This document shows positions 38,863 to 38,907 of a stretch of 38,907 bases of DNA, one piece after another (position 1 is the stretch's first letter; each line of letters begins with the position of its first letter). The notes under the pieces were generated by a model that saw only the letters and a list, made by a program, of their open reading frames with translations, searched no databases and had not been told where the DNA came from. Made by a program: the position numbers and the translations under genes. The DNA comes from Paramecium tetraurelia. Taxonomy: Eukaryota. The stretch is taken from NCBI GenBank assembly GCA_000165425.1, contig CT868047.1, positions 186,001 to 224,907 on the forward strand, read 5' to 3'.

Positions 38863-38907
38863 ATAGAGATTCACTTTGGATGGCATCTCCAATCGGCAGT
38901 TCCAGAA

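Overview
AT-rich ciliate macronuclear-type DNA, almost certainly Paramecium (aurelia-like). Long genes read only with TAA/TAG=Gln and TGA as the sole stop, they carry 21-32 nt GT..AG introns, and spacers are often under 100 nt. The standard-code ORF track is therefore fragmentary and sometimes in the wrong frame. Manual translation gives about 25 genes or gene remnants: a tandem pair of Myb genes, a G-patch/TFIP11-like protein, a Mei2-like RRM protein, a trichocyst matrix protein, RING/TRAF-SPRY, HINT, TMEM245-like, TMEM135-like, kinesin-13, an ankyrin-AGC kinase, WD40 and several hypotheticals. The most striking gene (23966-25813) is an intronless membrane-anchored protein with a repeat-encoded charged stalk, a GS-motif domain and a C-terminal NEURL4/PARP-like ADP-ribosyltransferase domain. 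The last ~7 kb is gene-poor and degenerate. It ends in a palindrome cluster and a G3T3/G4T2 telomere-like tract followed by 45 nt of non-telomeric sequence. All family assignments are by motif recognition by eye; no searches were run.
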